Part shown: positions 25,976-39,149 of the stretch, piece by piece
How the letters are laid out: each line of letters opens with the position of its first letter
Numbering within the stretch: the first letter of the stretch is position 1
Assembly: GCA_951406725.2 (NCBI GenBank)
Contig: OX597816.1
Location: forward strand, 166,594,001 to 166,658,000
DNA from: Octopus vulgaris
Lineage: Eukaryota
DNA length: 64,000 nt
Direction of reading: 5' to 3'
Translations under genes and position numbers: made by a program
The notes under the pieces: generated by a model
The model's database searches: none
Told to the model about the DNA's origin: nothing
Seen by the model: only the letters and a program-made list of their open reading frames with translations

Positions 25976-26590
25976 GTTTGGTCGGATGAAATGCCGCTAA
26001 GTATTTTGCCGGCTCGCCGTCCTAAATTCTCGATTTACTAAAATCAACTCTACTTCTGGAGACTATTTCATAATTACTAAATGGTAATTAAGACCAGCCC
26101 CACTTCGACAGGCGGCCAGTCTATCCTTTTTTTTTTTTTTAATGGCATGTCAACTCTGGAGATTTCTTAATTTCTGCGATTATCTCCATTTTGCAAGAGG
26201 AGCTGGTCATGAGTAACAAGGAGCCCGAGATTTCACAGACGTTAACTTAATATGCTACAACTAGGCCACGTACCTTCACTATAGCATACACACATTTTTA
26301 TGAGTGTGTGGGTAGATGTGCGTTTGTGTGGGTAGATGTGCGTTTGTGTGGGTAGATGTGCGTTTGTGTGTGCGTGTGTGTATGTGGCGTGATGTATGTT
26401 TTATTCAAATATACAAATGATATAAAAACACAAATCGAAAGAATATTTGAAAAATAAATAAAAATAATAATACTGTTTAAATATAAAATCAGAAACAACG
26501 ACATGTTTTTCAAATGTAAATATTGTTGCAGTTTAAAATATGTTGAGGGCGGAGAGTGAAATTAGTGAAAGAAGGAGAAAATATTATTTA

Positions 26591-27201
26591 CTACTCTAAG
26601 AACAAGGCTCGGAATTCTGGGGGAGGAGCCAGTCGATTAGATCGACCCCAGTACGCAACTGGTACTTAATTTATAGACCCCGAAAGGATGAAAAGCAAAG
26701 TCGACCTTGGCGTAATTTGAACTCAGAACGTAAAGCAGACGAATTACTTATTTCTTTACTACCCACAGGGGCTAAACACAGAGGGGACAAACAAGGACAG
26801 ACAAACGGATTAAGTCGATTATATTGACCCCAGTGCGTAACTGGTAATTATTTAATCGACCTCGAAAGGATGAAAGGCAAAGTTGACCTGGGCGGAATTT
26901 GAACTCAGAACGTAAAAAAAGTCGAAATACTGCTAAGCATTTCGCCCGGCGCGCTAACGCTTCTGCCAGCTTGCCACCTTTAAAATATTCCTTTCTACTC
27001 TAGGCACAAGGCCCAAAATTTTGGGGGAGGGGCCAGTCGATTAGATCGACCCCAGTACGCAACTGGTTCTTAATTTATCGACCCCGAAAGGATAAAAGGC
27101 AAAGTCGACCTCGGCGTAATTTGAACTCAGAACGTAAAGCAGACGAATTACTGGTAAGTATTTTGCACAGTGTGCTAACGTTTCTGCCAGCTCGCCGCCT
27201 T
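26591..27201 (-). mobile_element. SINE family B trimer flanked by a 21-bp TSD
   Basis: agaaggagaaaatattattta at 26570-26590 and 27202-27222. Confidence 0.85.
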
Positions 27202-27503
27202 AGAAGGAGAAAATATTATTTATGTAAACCTACCTCATAGGCAAATTTAACTATTTCTGCATTGATTGAAAAACTGGATAGCCTTATTCGGTTTTCATCA
27301 AAGGGTTTCTCCACCATTTGACCAATCCAAGAGAAATAAGAGGCCAGTCTGTTTACATACTCAACAAATCTAGCAGCTATAGAGAACTCGAGCCACTAAT
27401 TTACATAGTATGTTTTAACACTTTAGTCAGTATTAGCGGTCGGCTGGTCAGCGAGGATCTTAGTCCACACACTATCAAGGTATGATATAATGTTTAAATC
27501 TAT

Positions 27504-27719
27504 ACTCTTTATTCTTTTTACTCTTTCACTTGTTTCAGTCATTTCGACTGTGGCCATGCTGGAGCACCGCCTTTAGTCGAGCAAATCGACCCCAGGACTT
27601 ATTCTTTGAAAGCCTAGTACTTATTCTATCGGTCTCTTTTACCGAACCGCTAAGTTACGGGGACGTAAATACACCAGCATCGGTTGTCAAGCGATGTTGG
27701 GAAGACAAACACAGACACA

Positions 27720-27793
<74 letters not shown>

Positions 27794-27958
27794 CGATGGG
27801 CTTCTGTCAGTTTCTGTCTACCAAATCATCTCACAAGGCTTTGGTCGGCCCGAGGCTATAGTAGAAGACACTTGCCCAAGGTGCCATCGCTGTGGGACTG
27901 AACCCTGAACCTTGTGGTTGGTAAGCAGGCTACTTACCACACAGCCACTCCTACGCCT
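27504..27958 (-). mobile_element. SINE family A, full length
   Basis: Colinear with 17829-18241. Confidence 0.9.
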
Positions 27959-28199
27959 TAGAGTAGAAATACGAACATTGCAAATTTAACTAACTCTCTG
28001 TAGAATGAAAGAAAAATGATGAACAGCCTTATACATACATATATACACCTACATCTTAGACCACCACTGCCCGGCCTGCGACAAAGCCTTCCAGGCATGC
28101 CTCGGACTGATTGAACGCAGCCGGACACAATGTGCCCCCTTCGTTTTCTCCCCTGTTTTGTCATTGATCATCGTTGACAACGGCGGATGCACTAATAAG

Positions 28200-28415
28200 C
28201 CTTTCTATTATTGGCACAAGACCTGAAATTTGGGGAGGGCGTAAGTCGATTATATCGACTCCAGTACGTAACTGGTATTTATTTCATCGACCCCGAAAGG
28301 ATGAAAGGCAAAGTCGACCTTGACGGAATTTGAACTCAGAACGCCTTTAAAACAAACGAAATGCCGCTAAGCATTTTGCCCGGCGTGCTAACGATTCTGC
28401 CAGCTCACCGCCTTA
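28200..28415 (-). mobile_element. SINE family B inserted at an RTE-like 3' tail
   Basis: TSD-like ggatg(c/t)actaataa on both sides. Confidence 0.8.
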
Positions 28416-28982
28416 TGGATGTACTAATAATAAAAAACAATTTAACATGAAAGCGAAGGATTACGCAGCACTTTTTAGTAGAGCACACATTTATTAGCTT
28501 TCAAAAAGAAAAGTTTGACAGTTTGTATGTATGTATGCATGTATGTAGCGTCTTGCCCCTTTAACTGGTAACGTCATGATTTAAAGTCTACCCCTACCCT
28601 GCCCTTTTTTATAGACAGTTACTTATATCCAACTGACTACTCCTAATATCTTATTTCCTCCTCGAGGAAAAGGGATACATAAGTTAATTTATGACCATAG
28701 CTAGCCATGAGCTGTCGACTCACTCTTGTCCTTTATTCAAAATAGACAGTCTTCTAGTCTTAGATTTAGTAGTTGAGAAAGAAAGAAATGAATTAGAAAT
28801 GAATTACAATCACTTACAACACTATGAACCCACAAGGCTTCATGCGATTCTTGGAAGTGTAGTCTATTCTTAGCTACAATAGCGACAATATGAATTTCTT
28901 CCATCTTCTTGCTCTCTGTTATAATATTTTGGAAAAATTATATTAATGTGTCCTACTTGTTAAAATTCTATTTATTTATTTG

Positions 28983-29067
28983 TGCAGCTGAAGATGGCAC
29001 TGCATTTAAATTGATGTAACGATTGCATTGTTTAATTAAATGTACCGCTTGAAACGGTCGTACTGCA
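28983..29067 (+). ncRNA. Type I hammerhead ribozyme motif with long stem II
   Basis: UGCAG-CUGAAGA-uGGC..UGCAUUUA...UAAAUGUA..GCUu-GAAA-CGGUCG-UA^CUGCA, with U.U at the base of stem II. Confidence 0.65.
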
Positions 29068-29434
29068 TCACTACTTGATATTCTGTTGCTTATTTTGATT
29101 ATAGGACATACATATATATATGTGTGTGTGTATGTATGTATATATATATGTGTGTGTGTGTGTGTGTATTTATATATGTATATATATGTATGTATATATG
29201 TATGTATGTATCTATGTATGTATATGTATATATAGTCGCCGTGTTTGGCCGTTAATCCACAGGTTTTTTTTCATTCGCTCTCTATTTTATTTTCTCTTAT
29301 TCCTTTCTGTTGAAGAGCGTAGGCTCGAAACGTGAGAGACTTTTGCATTTCTTATTTTCCAGAAAGTCAAACTGATATAACTGCCTGTTGTTCGTACACC
29401 TGTCTTCGTCTTTTGTTTTTCTATAAATTTCAAC

Positions 29435-29480
<46 letters not shown>

Positions 29481-29511
29481 TGTGTGTGTCTGTGTCTGTA
29501 TCTGTGTGTAA

Positions 29512-29546
<35 letters not shown>

Positions 29547-30005
29547 TGTATATATGTATATATATTTACACGACGGGCTTCTTTTCAGTTTCTGTATACC
29601 AACTCTACTCACAAAGCTTTGGTCGATAGAAGATGCTTGCCGTTGGTTCCACACAGTGAGACTGAGCCAAGTATCATGTGATTTGAAAGCTAACTTCGTA
29701 CCACATACCCACGCCCGCGACTATCTAAAAGTATCCAACAGTATCCAAAAAATTATTCAACGATGAAAGAGTTATCTGCTATTACTACAATTGTTTCTTT
29801 GGGAGTATTTATTGTGACATTAGTGTAAAGCAAGTTGTATGTGTAATAGTGAAATTCTTTCGGAACACTTTTATTGAATAATAAGGAAAAAAGGAAAACC
29901 TCCGTTGCAGCGCACCTAATTAGTGCTCAATATGAGCATGGATTCACCTTACTTTAATTATTTACTAATTTTAATTATCAGTTATAATATAATATCAGTT
30001 ATAAT

Positions 30006-30152
30006 AGGTTTTGTAATACTGCTTTTTGGGGCGCTTCAAACCTATCATCTCCATGAACTTTTTATGTATTTTGTATTCCCATGATAAAGGAACTTGATTT
30101 ACGATAATCTGCACCCACTTTGATTTGTGCTATATATATGTATATATATATT

Positions 30153-30192
<40 letters not shown>

Positions 30193-30707
30193 GTTATATG
30201 GTTAACTCGGTTTAACCCGAAATTTGAATCCTCATTTTATTTTATATTATTTTTACCAATATTTTTAATTTCATGTTCATTCGCATAAATGTTTTACTTC
30301 ACAACATTTTCCACTTCACAAAGCCTTTCTATATTATTGCGAACTCTTTTAAAGATAGTATGATCTTTTTTAAGAATATAACATTGCCGATATAACATCA
30401 AGTTCCCTAAGTAGGATATATTTTACGCTTTCTCCATTTTTAAACTTTGTTAATCGATTTATTTGTACCTCTGATGAGAGAAATGCGACTATTTATATTG
30501 GCTGGAACACTCGCCGAATACAAACGCAATTCTCGAAACGATCGTAAGGTTTTGTAATACTGCTTTTTGGGGTGCTTCAAACCTATCATCTCCATGAACT
30601 TTTTATGTATTTTGTATTCCCATGATAAAGGAACTTGACTTACGATAATCTGCATCCACATTGATTTGTGTTATATATATATATGTTATATATATATCTG
30701 TTATATA
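30006..30707 (+). mobile_element. Non-coding head-to-tail element (541-nt period) carrying a hammerhead; Penelope terminal-repeat or retrozyme-like
   Basis: 30006-30199 repeats at 30547-30707, with 5 substitutions in about 125 non-microsatellite bp. The hammerhead lies at the junction. Confidence 0.75.
30467..30550 (+). ncRNA. Type I hammerhead ribozyme motif, fully canonical
   Basis: ACCU-CUGAUGA-GAGAaaUGCG...CGCAauUCUC-GAAA-CGAUCG-UA^AGGU. Predicted cleavage after 30546. Confidence 0.9.
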
Positions 30708-30770
30708 TATGTGTTATATATATGTGTTATATATATATATATATATATAGCATATATGCATGCATCATGG

Positions 30771-31745
30771 GTTTCAGCCGAGTGACCTTGGCCATGCAAG
30801 GACACCGCCAATATTATCCTCTTTCCAATAGCCTTTCAGGTTCATTTGAAATCTTGGACAACAGGAGGACAAATTCTTTCTTATCCCTACTTCATGTAGA
30901 TCTCTCAGATGTTTTGTCAAAATATTAAATGTTTATGGGCCTTTGAAGCACAAACTCTTGAAGTATATGGTCTTCATTCAAGACGTGACGGGTGGAACCC
31001 TATGCACTTTTGAGGGCTGTTATTGCTCTCGATGCCAAACCCTATAGGATCTTCCATATTTACATCACCGTCTTCGCTCACGAGAGTAGAGTCATAACTC
31101 AGTCATTCGCAGTAGCTTAGCTGTTAGATTGATGCAATCTCCCTGGTGTAGCATCGCTGAACTGCTTCATGTTTCGCTATTAATTTGACACTGCTGGGTG
31201 GCCACTGTTGAAATCAGTAGCCCAGACGGCTGAAGACAAATATTCTTCATAGAACAAGCATAGTTCCCAGGTATCTTGTTCAGAAAGTTCTCAGAATCCA
31301 TTTCACCATTCGCCTGTACATTTCCACCATCTTGGTAATATGTACATGAAACGAAGCATGATTGCTCAAATCAATCCACAGATCACGCATTGTACTTGAC
31401 TTTGGGATTGCCACTGGCTGATAGCGAAGGGCTTGGAATTTTCCAGCATTAAATTGCATATTGTTTTCTTCAGCCCATTTATATATAGCATACAAGTCTT
31501 TCTGTAGAAGATTAGCATCGAAAGGTTCCTTGGCTGCTTTTGTCTTGCCGGCATAGCTAGGTAGTATGACTATCTGTACAACTGATAGTATGTCCGAAAG
31601 AGCTACTACTACTACTATAATCAGCAGCGGCTCCAACACAGTTCTCTGACGCACACAATCTACTATTACTGTCTCTTTGGAGAGGGGCTCATTGTCTGTC
31701 ACAGCTTAGCCTCTGTCTTTTAAGAAGTCATGTAAACTGCTCTCT
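30771..31745 (-). mobile_element. Decayed CR1-type LINE (RT to 3' tail)
   Basis: VRQRTVLEPLL, SYAGKTK, LQKDLYAIYKWAEENNMQFNAGKFQ, FKGP..FNIL..LRDLH. Tail as in the other CR1 copies. Confidence 0.8.
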
Positions 31746-32485
31746 TTGTTTTCCGACATGTATGCATGTATGCATGTATGTATGTATGTATGTATGTATG
31801 TATGTATGTATGTATGTATGTATGTATGTATGTATGTATGTAGGTTGCACATGTGCTTCTCTGTGTCATTATTTCTTTATTCGACATTGCAGTGTGAGGT
31901 TAGTTTTATAACTTACCTGATCTTGATAACGGTGAATGTATGTGCCACTAAAGGAAATTATCATGATTTGAAAGAGTGAGTCTTCGATTACAGTTTGCAG
32001 TGCACGTCGTAAAATCATTAATTATTCACGATAACAGCGATTATAAATAAGATTAGAAAATGGAAGGCCTTATTTAGTTACATTCTTATAATGTAGGAGA
32101 ACGGACAAATTTAACGTATCTCTCTGAGCGTGTAACCGTGGCTAACACAATGTAGGTGATGGTAGTGGCGTTGGTGGGTATCATAGAGATATGTGTAAGA
32201 ATGGTAATGTGGAAGAGCTAGAGCTGTGAGATTGTAAGCAACGGCTCTAAGAATAGTATTACGAAAAAATACTATGGTGATAAATGTGGTATGGTGACGA
32301 GCTGTTAGAATCGTTTGCGCGTCGAACAAAATGTTTCACGTAATTTCTTCCAGCTCTTAAACGATTAGCTACGCTAGGTAAGTGCTGTAATTGATTACTG
32401 GGGCTCCAAGGTTATAGCCGAGACGGTAGTTATGGAGCCATTGCAAATTTCCGATGCAGCGGTTATATAATTGTTAAATATTTTA

Positions 32486-32712
32486 ATTCTTTATTGCCCA
32501 CAAGGGGCTAAACACAGAGGGGACAAACAAGAACAGACAAACGGATTAAGTCGATTATATCGACCCCAGTAACTGGTACTTATTTAATCGACCCCGAAAG
32601 GATGAAAGGCAAAGTCGACCTCGGCGGAATTTGAACTCAGAACGTAGTGGCAGACGAAATACCGCTAAGAATTTCGCCCGGTGTGCTAACGTTTTTGCCA
32701 GCTCGCCGCCTT
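32486..32712 (-). mobile_element. SINE family B, full length
   Basis: Reverse-complement match to 24916-25146. Confidence 0.9.
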
Positions 32713-32732
32713 TAAATATTACGTTAAATATT

Positions 32733-33260
32733 ACGTCAAACATTAAGGCAAGGCAAACATCTCAAGTTATATGCAATATTATTATTGGGAAAAAATTCAA
32801 AATCTTACAGCTGTTTCTGGGATATAAGTAGGATTGCACCTAAAGAGTTACGCTCATAGATCTACGCAGGACTGCACTGTTCTAGGTATAGCCTTTCCCA
32901 TTTGCATTGTGGTTGATAAAATTAGTACCTGTATTCTACTGCAGCAAGTCACTTGATTATACATCATCCTGTGGACTCATGCTCTGGCTTCTATAACTTC
33001 GCAAAGTTGAACTATGAAATTTTATGCTTCTTTTTACTTTTCTCTTTCCATCTCCTTATTATTTTACTCTTTTCCTCTATATTGTCATCTTATTGATATA
33101 TACCATTCTCATTGTCCATATCTCCCCCCCCCAATTTGTCTCTGATGACAGTATATCCCATACTCGTGATATCCCAGAAACAGCTGTAAGATTTTGAATT
33201 TCTTCCTATAATAATACTATATACGACTTGAGATGTTTGCCTTGCCTTAATGTTTGACGT
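32733..33260. repeat. Inverted repeat (arms 32733-32825 and 33169-33260)
   Basis: acgtcaaacattaaggcaaggcaaacatctcaag...cagctgtttctgggatat is mirrored in the right arm. Confidence 0.9.
33139..33191 (+). ncRNA. Hammerhead motif with eroded stem II
   Basis: UCU-CUGAUGA-caguAUAUC...GAUAUccca-GAAA-CAGCUG-UA^AGA. Confidence 0.6.
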
Positions 33261-33270
33261 CCTGTTTAAC

Positions 33271-33314
<44 letters not shown>

Positions 33315-34054
33315 CCCAAAGCCTGGTGAGTGGGTATGGTTGAGGGAAACTGAAAGAATCTCGTCCTATATATATGTGTGTGTGTGTACGCATGTGTGTA
33401 TGTGCGTGTGCGTGTGTGTGTGTGTGTGTGTATTTATGTCTGTGTTTGTCTCCCACCCCAACATCGCTTGACAACAGATGTTGGTATGTTTACGTCCCCG
33501 TAAGTTAGCAGTTGGACGTAAGAGATCGATAGAATAAGCACCAGGCTTACAAAGAATACATCAGAGGTCGATTTCTTCAACTAAATAGTGCTGCACTAGC
33601 ATGGCCGCACTCAAATGACTGAAACAGGTAAAAAGTATATATATATCAGTAGTATAAGAACTCACATTGAATTCAGGTTAACGAACTTTCTATATCCACA
33701 CTTCTACACTTTATTAACATATAAATGATACAATGGGTTTCAAATGACAAAGAAAAAAATACCAGGTAAAAATTATACATATAAAATATATAGAATGTCC
33801 ATATAAAATATATATAAAAGTCAACTAAAAATTATCTAAAAAGAGTATTACATTAAGTAGATCGACAAAAAATTTAAAGAGAAAATTATATAAAATAAAA
33901 TCATACAAAACTATGGAAATTATATGTAAAATGAAAAAGTTAGTGTAGTCGTAGTCCATGATATATATATATATATATACACATATATATATATGTATGT
34001 ATATATATGTGTGTGTGTGTATATATATATATGTATGTATATATATAAATATAA

Positions 34055-34110
<56 letters not shown>

Positions 34111-34115
<5 letters not shown>

Positions 34116-34318
34116 GTTGGGTCATAATTATTGCAGTTCTTTTTTCGATAAATTTTATTCAACATAAAATTTAAACAAAACCCCAAGCAGAAATTGAAGT
34201 AGACGGTGAATATGCTCCGGAATAATCATTTAAAGATGTTTTTGTCAAATACTGTTATTGCTTTTGTTGAATAAAATTTATTTTTTTAAGAATCCGCAAT
34301 ACTTATGCATCAATATAT
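34111..34318. mobile_element. Possible Tc1/mariner MITE
   Basis: Imperfect long TIRs (cataattattgcagttct..ataaattttattcaaca / tgttgaataaaatttat..agaatccgcaatacttatg) within TA runs. Confidence 0.5.
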
Positions 34319-34763
34319 ATTCGGGGTGGATTAAATAAGTGCCAGTTACGCACTGTTGTCGATGTAATCGACTTAATCTCTTTGCCTGTCCTTGTTTGTC
34401 CTCTCTATGTTTAGCCCCCCACCCCTGTGGGCAGTAAAGATATAAATATGATTGTATTCTTAGTTCGTATGGGACCTGATGGAGCTTGTAGAAATAGCAT
34501 CCAAATTTTCCTCAAATCGCACCTGTCATATATAGAGACAAGATTCATTAGATGCAGTAATCATATATAGCTCTAAAAAGATGAGTTGGTCATGGTTGGA
34601 GCACTTTAGGTATAGAGTTAGCACTATGTTTCTTTCCTTTTTGTGGCGAGTGAATTGGAAATCTTCATAGACGCTTTATTTGCTAGAAATAGCTGTTAAA
34701 ATCTACCTTAACTTACACTTCCCGTCACGAAAATGGGGAGACACATTTGGTAATGTAGTTCTG

Positions 34764-35039
34764 TGGCTCATAGGTACATCATGGTTATAGGCACATGTGT
34801 GGCTATAGGCACAGGTAAGGCTATAGGAGTAGGTGTGGCTATAGGCGCAGGTGTGACTCTAGGCGCAGGTGTGACTCTAGGCGTACGCGTGGTTATAGGC
34901 GCAGACGTAGTTATAGGCACAGGCGTGGTTATAGGCGCATACGTAGTTAAAGGCGCAAATGTGGTTATAGGCGCAGGCGCGGCTATAGGTGTAGACGTGG
35001 CTACAGGCCCAGGCGTGGCTATAGGCGCAAGCGAGGCTG
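34764..35039 (+). repeat. 18-bp minisatellite (about 14-15 copies) derived from the SINE-A 5' end
   Basis: Unit taggcgcaggcgtggcta. The last unit runs into a SINE-A head (ggctgtatggtaagag...cagttccac). Confidence 0.85.
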
Positions 35040-35760
35040 TATGGTAAGAGGTTTGCTTCTTAACAACACGGTTCCAGTTTCAGTTCCACTTTATAGCATC
35101 TTGGGTACATGATTAGAGAGGGATACACCAAGGAAGACAGACTATTCACGGCAGAAGCGCTATTAATCATAGGTCTGGTCGAACATGCTGACTCAGAGCT
35201 AAACAGCAACAACACCACCACCACCAAGGCGTATAACAATGTAACCATCATCATATAAAGTTTGTGGAAACAGCTTGCTTTTAAATTAAATGCCTATCAA
35301 ATACAAGTACACCCACACATATGTCTGTACACATACATTTACCTATACATGTCTATGCATACATAAATTGCTATGTAAATACTAATCAATGAGCGCGATA
35401 AAAGTATGATTTCTGAGCATGGGGGGTGGTAAAGCCTTATCAAAATGCTTCCACTTTTTTTGCGACTTTATTTAAAGCTAATCGTGGATGGCGAGAAGTT
35501 AACACTGACCTATAGATAGTTTCAATTAACATCATTATTTGAAGGCGACGAGCTGACAGCATTGTTACAGCGCCAGGCCAGATACTTATCGGTATTTCGT
35601 CCGTTTTTATGTTTTGAGTTCAAACTCTGCCGAGGTCGGTTTTGCCATTCATCCTTCAGGGGTCGGTAACATAGTTACCAGTTGAATCTGGGGTCGATAT
35701 AGTCGACTAGCCCCCTCTCCCAAAACTGCTGGCTTTGTGCCAAAATTTGAAACCAATAAA

Positions 35761-36725
35761 TAGTAATCACTCGCCATATCGCGATTCACCTATCGCGGTT
35801 CACCTACCGCGGTTCACCTACCGCAGTTCACCTACCGCGCCCTTAAGTACATCGTGGATTTTTCTGGCTAATATATGTAAATTCATAGGGCGGCGAGTTG
35901 GCAGAAACGTTAGCACACCGGGCGAAATGCGTAGCCGTATTTCGTCTGCCGTTACGTTCTGAGTTCAAATTCCGCCGAGGTCGACTTTGCTTTTCATCAT
36001 TTCGTGGTCGATAAACAAAGTACCAGTTACGCACTGGGGTCGATGTAATCGACTTAATCCCTTTGTCTGTCCTTGTTTGTTCCCTCTGTGTTTAGCCCCT
36101 TGTGGGTAATAAAGAAATAGGTATTTCGTCTGCCGCTACGTTCTGAGTTCAAATTCCGCCGAGGTCGACTTTGTCTTTCATACTTTCGGTATCGATCAAA
36201 TAAGTACAAATTACGCACTAGGGTTGATGTAATCGACTTAATCCATTCGTCTGTCCTTGTTTGTCCCATCTATGTTTAGCTCCTTGTGGGGCAATATAAA
36301 AATAAAGATATATATAAATTTATTTCGCAGACTCCTCAGTATATCGTGGGTTTCTGCGACTGATAGGTATTTATACTTTTTTCAATTTTAATTATTTCTG
36401 TGTTAAAATAAGCATTTTCACACCTAAAAATTAACAGATTAATAAATAAAAATACAGTACTGCACTGTATAACACATTAATTAAATTTTATTAAAAGAAA
36501 ATACGTAGTGTACCATACGTGAGTAAACAAGGAATCGCACATACTGTATGGAAAACTCGAGAGGCGAGTGTGTGGTGTTGTTTTGCATTTATAATACAAT
36601 AAATATATACAAATTATGAAAATAATAAAAAACATATACAGTACAATACTGTTTCTACTTCGCGGATTTTCACCTATCGCGGGATGTTTTGGAACGTAAC
36701 ACCCGCGATATTCGAGGAATTACTG
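35761..36725. mobile_element. pogo/Tigger-like MITE interrupted by a SINE-B dimer (35888-36308)
   Basis: TIRs tagtaatcactcgccatatcgcg / cgcgatattcgaggaattactg|TA. Internal 14-bp repeat ttcacctaccgcgg x4. Confidence 0.75.
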
Positions 36726-37128
36726 TACATCGTATTTAAGGCGACATGCTGGCAGAATCGTTACCGCGCAGGAAAAATACATAGAGGCATTTCTTCCGAT
36801 TTTACGTTCTAAGTTCAAATACCACCGAGGTCAACTTTGCCTTTCATCATTTCGGAGGTCGATAAAATAAGTACCAGTAGAACACTGGAGTCGATGCAAT
36901 CGACTTACCCATTCCCATGAAATTGTTAGCCTTCTACCAAAATTTGAAACCAATGTCTATCGTATTTTTATGGCGGCCAGCTGATAGAATTGTTTATCAT
37001 GCCGGGTAAAATTGTTAGCAGTTTTTCGTCCGTCTTTACGTTCTGAGTTCAAATGCCGCTGAGGTCGACTTTGCCTTTCATCCTTCCGGAATCGATAAAA
37101 TAAGTACCAGTTGAGTAGTGGGGTCGAT

Positions 37129-37330
37129 TGAACCGCTAAACTCTACACAGTTTTTCTCTCTCCAATTTTTTTTCATCCACTCTCTGTTCTTTTCCTCTTA
37201 TTCCTTTCTGTCGAAGTGCGTAGGCTCGAAACGTAAAAGACCTTTCCATTTTTCCCGCGCGTCAAACTAATATACTTGCTTGTTGTTCGTACACCTGTCT
37301 TCGTCTTTGGGTTTTTTTTTTATAAATTCG
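37129..37330 (+). mobile_element. Short hammerhead-like element inserted in a SINE-B (second copy at about 29250-29435)
   Basis: Both copies share ctcttattcctttctgt.gaag.gcgtaggctcgaaacgt and tgttgttcgtacacctgtcttcgtcttt. The SINE resumes after a duplicated tcgat. Confidence 0.7.
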
Positions 37331-37785
37331 ATCGATATAATCGACTTGCACGCTCACCCGAACTTGCTGGCCTTGTGCCACAGTTTGAAGCCAATCCATA
37401 TATTTGAAAATGTTTGCCTTTTCTTTCTACAAATAAACATATTGTGCCAAATGCTCAAATGAAAAACATCTCAGATTAAAAGATTTTGAAGAAAGATATT
37501 CGTATAAGTTAGAATTAGGATTAGGGTGACAAATGAGTTTTCATATAGAAGTCATTTGTATTTGTCTTAATAAAACATTTGACTGCAGATCAATAAACTT
37601 TCAGAGAAAGATGTCATTGAACTTCATAAGATAGATTCTGAAACATTTTCTTCTGTTTCTACATTTTCATAAGAATCTAAAAACGCTCTTGAAACTGTAT
37701 CGTTAGGCCGAAACTACGAGATGCTCACGGCTGGAAGTCCGATTAGGGCAGACTTTAGGGGAGTCAAATAACAATAAAATACCTT

Positions 37786-38024
37786 TTTTCTTTTACTCTT
37801 TTATTTATTGCAGTCATCTGACCGCGGCCATGCTAGAGCACCGCCTTTAGTCGAGCAAATCGACCCCAGGACTCATTCTTAGTAAGCCTAGTACTTTTTT
37901 CTGTCGGTCTCTTTAGCCGAACCGCTAAGTTACGGAGACGTAAACACACCTGCATCGGTTGTCAAGCGATGGTGAGGGGACAAACACAGACACACAAGCA
38001 TACACGCACACATACACACACACA

Positions 38025-38121
<97 letters not shown>

Positions 38122-38266
38122 GACGGGCCTCTTTCAGTTTCTGTCTACCAAATCCACTCATAAGGCTTTAGTAGAGACACTTGCCCAAGGTGCCACACAG
38201 TGGGACTGATCTCGGAACCATGGAGTTGGTTAGTAAGCTTCTTACCACACAGTCTCTCCTGCTCCT
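37786..38266 (-). mobile_element. SINE family A
   Basis: Colinear with the other copies. Internal (CA)(CT)(TA) tract. Confidence 0.85.
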
Positions 38267-38714
38267 TTACTAAACAGAAATGATACACCAAAAGTTAGCC
38301 GCTAATGTATTTTCAAACATTGAATATTTAGTGGTTGGTTGCCTCGTATCAGACAAGAGACAACAGTTTCATAAAATATGTAACCTCACATATTGCTGAT
38401 TTGTTAATCTCTGACCCGCCGGGAAAACACGGTATGCTCAATTGATAACCATGTTACGCTTATCACGGATTCATTTGCGATCAGTCGAAAAGTCTGCTTG
38501 TGCCGCAACCCCCCCCCCCCCCAAAAAAAAACTCACCCCAGCGTTTGCCCTCAATTTTCAGTTATCCATCGTACACTGACGACTGTTTGGTGCTTGTTTC
38601 ACCGCGCTGCGTACTTTTTTGTACGGATTTACGTATTGAACCCATCAACAAGGGACCAGTAAACGAGAAAAATTATGAAAGCGCCTGAGCCAATCAAACA
38701 ACGTGGATAAGCAC

Positions 38715-38820
38715 ATTCTCTAAAGGGAAAGGTAGAGATGATCAAGAGAATACGTGATGGTGGAATTTTGCTGCTGTGAACCGCGAATTTGGTACTAAGG
38801 AATTTACCATTAGTTCCGTT
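38715..38820 (+). mobile_element. Remnant of a pogo/Tigger transposase N-terminal HTH
   Basis: KVEMIKRIRDGG / FAAVNREFGTKEFTI across a frameshift resembles the CENP-B-type HTH. Confidence 0.45.
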
Positions 38821-39149
38821 TACAAAGTCCTCAGAGATGATTCATTTATCACTGTGTGTGTTTTGTATTTCTTTTGGGTTTTTCTTTTAGACCCAAGCCT
38901 TTGTAATAAACGGGGACAAATGTACTATATTTAGTCGTAGGTGTAATATGCAGCCCAGTTTAACACCAATATTTGAACGATGGCTTTCACCTTGTCGCAA
39001 GCATTAGGAATTGATCACCAGTTCCCTTTCTAGTCATGCCACATCGAAGCCACCTATCAGAACACGCAGACGTCATAAGCACTGTCCTCTTCTCCACAGC
39101 CCCTGGGAACTATTTCGAGCCATATATGCAAATACATACATACATATAA

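Noticed and set aside
34763-35047. Hexapeptide-repeat (acetyltransferase-like) ORF
   Set aside because: The unit matches the SINE-A 5' end, the start is GTG, and no splice context is evident.
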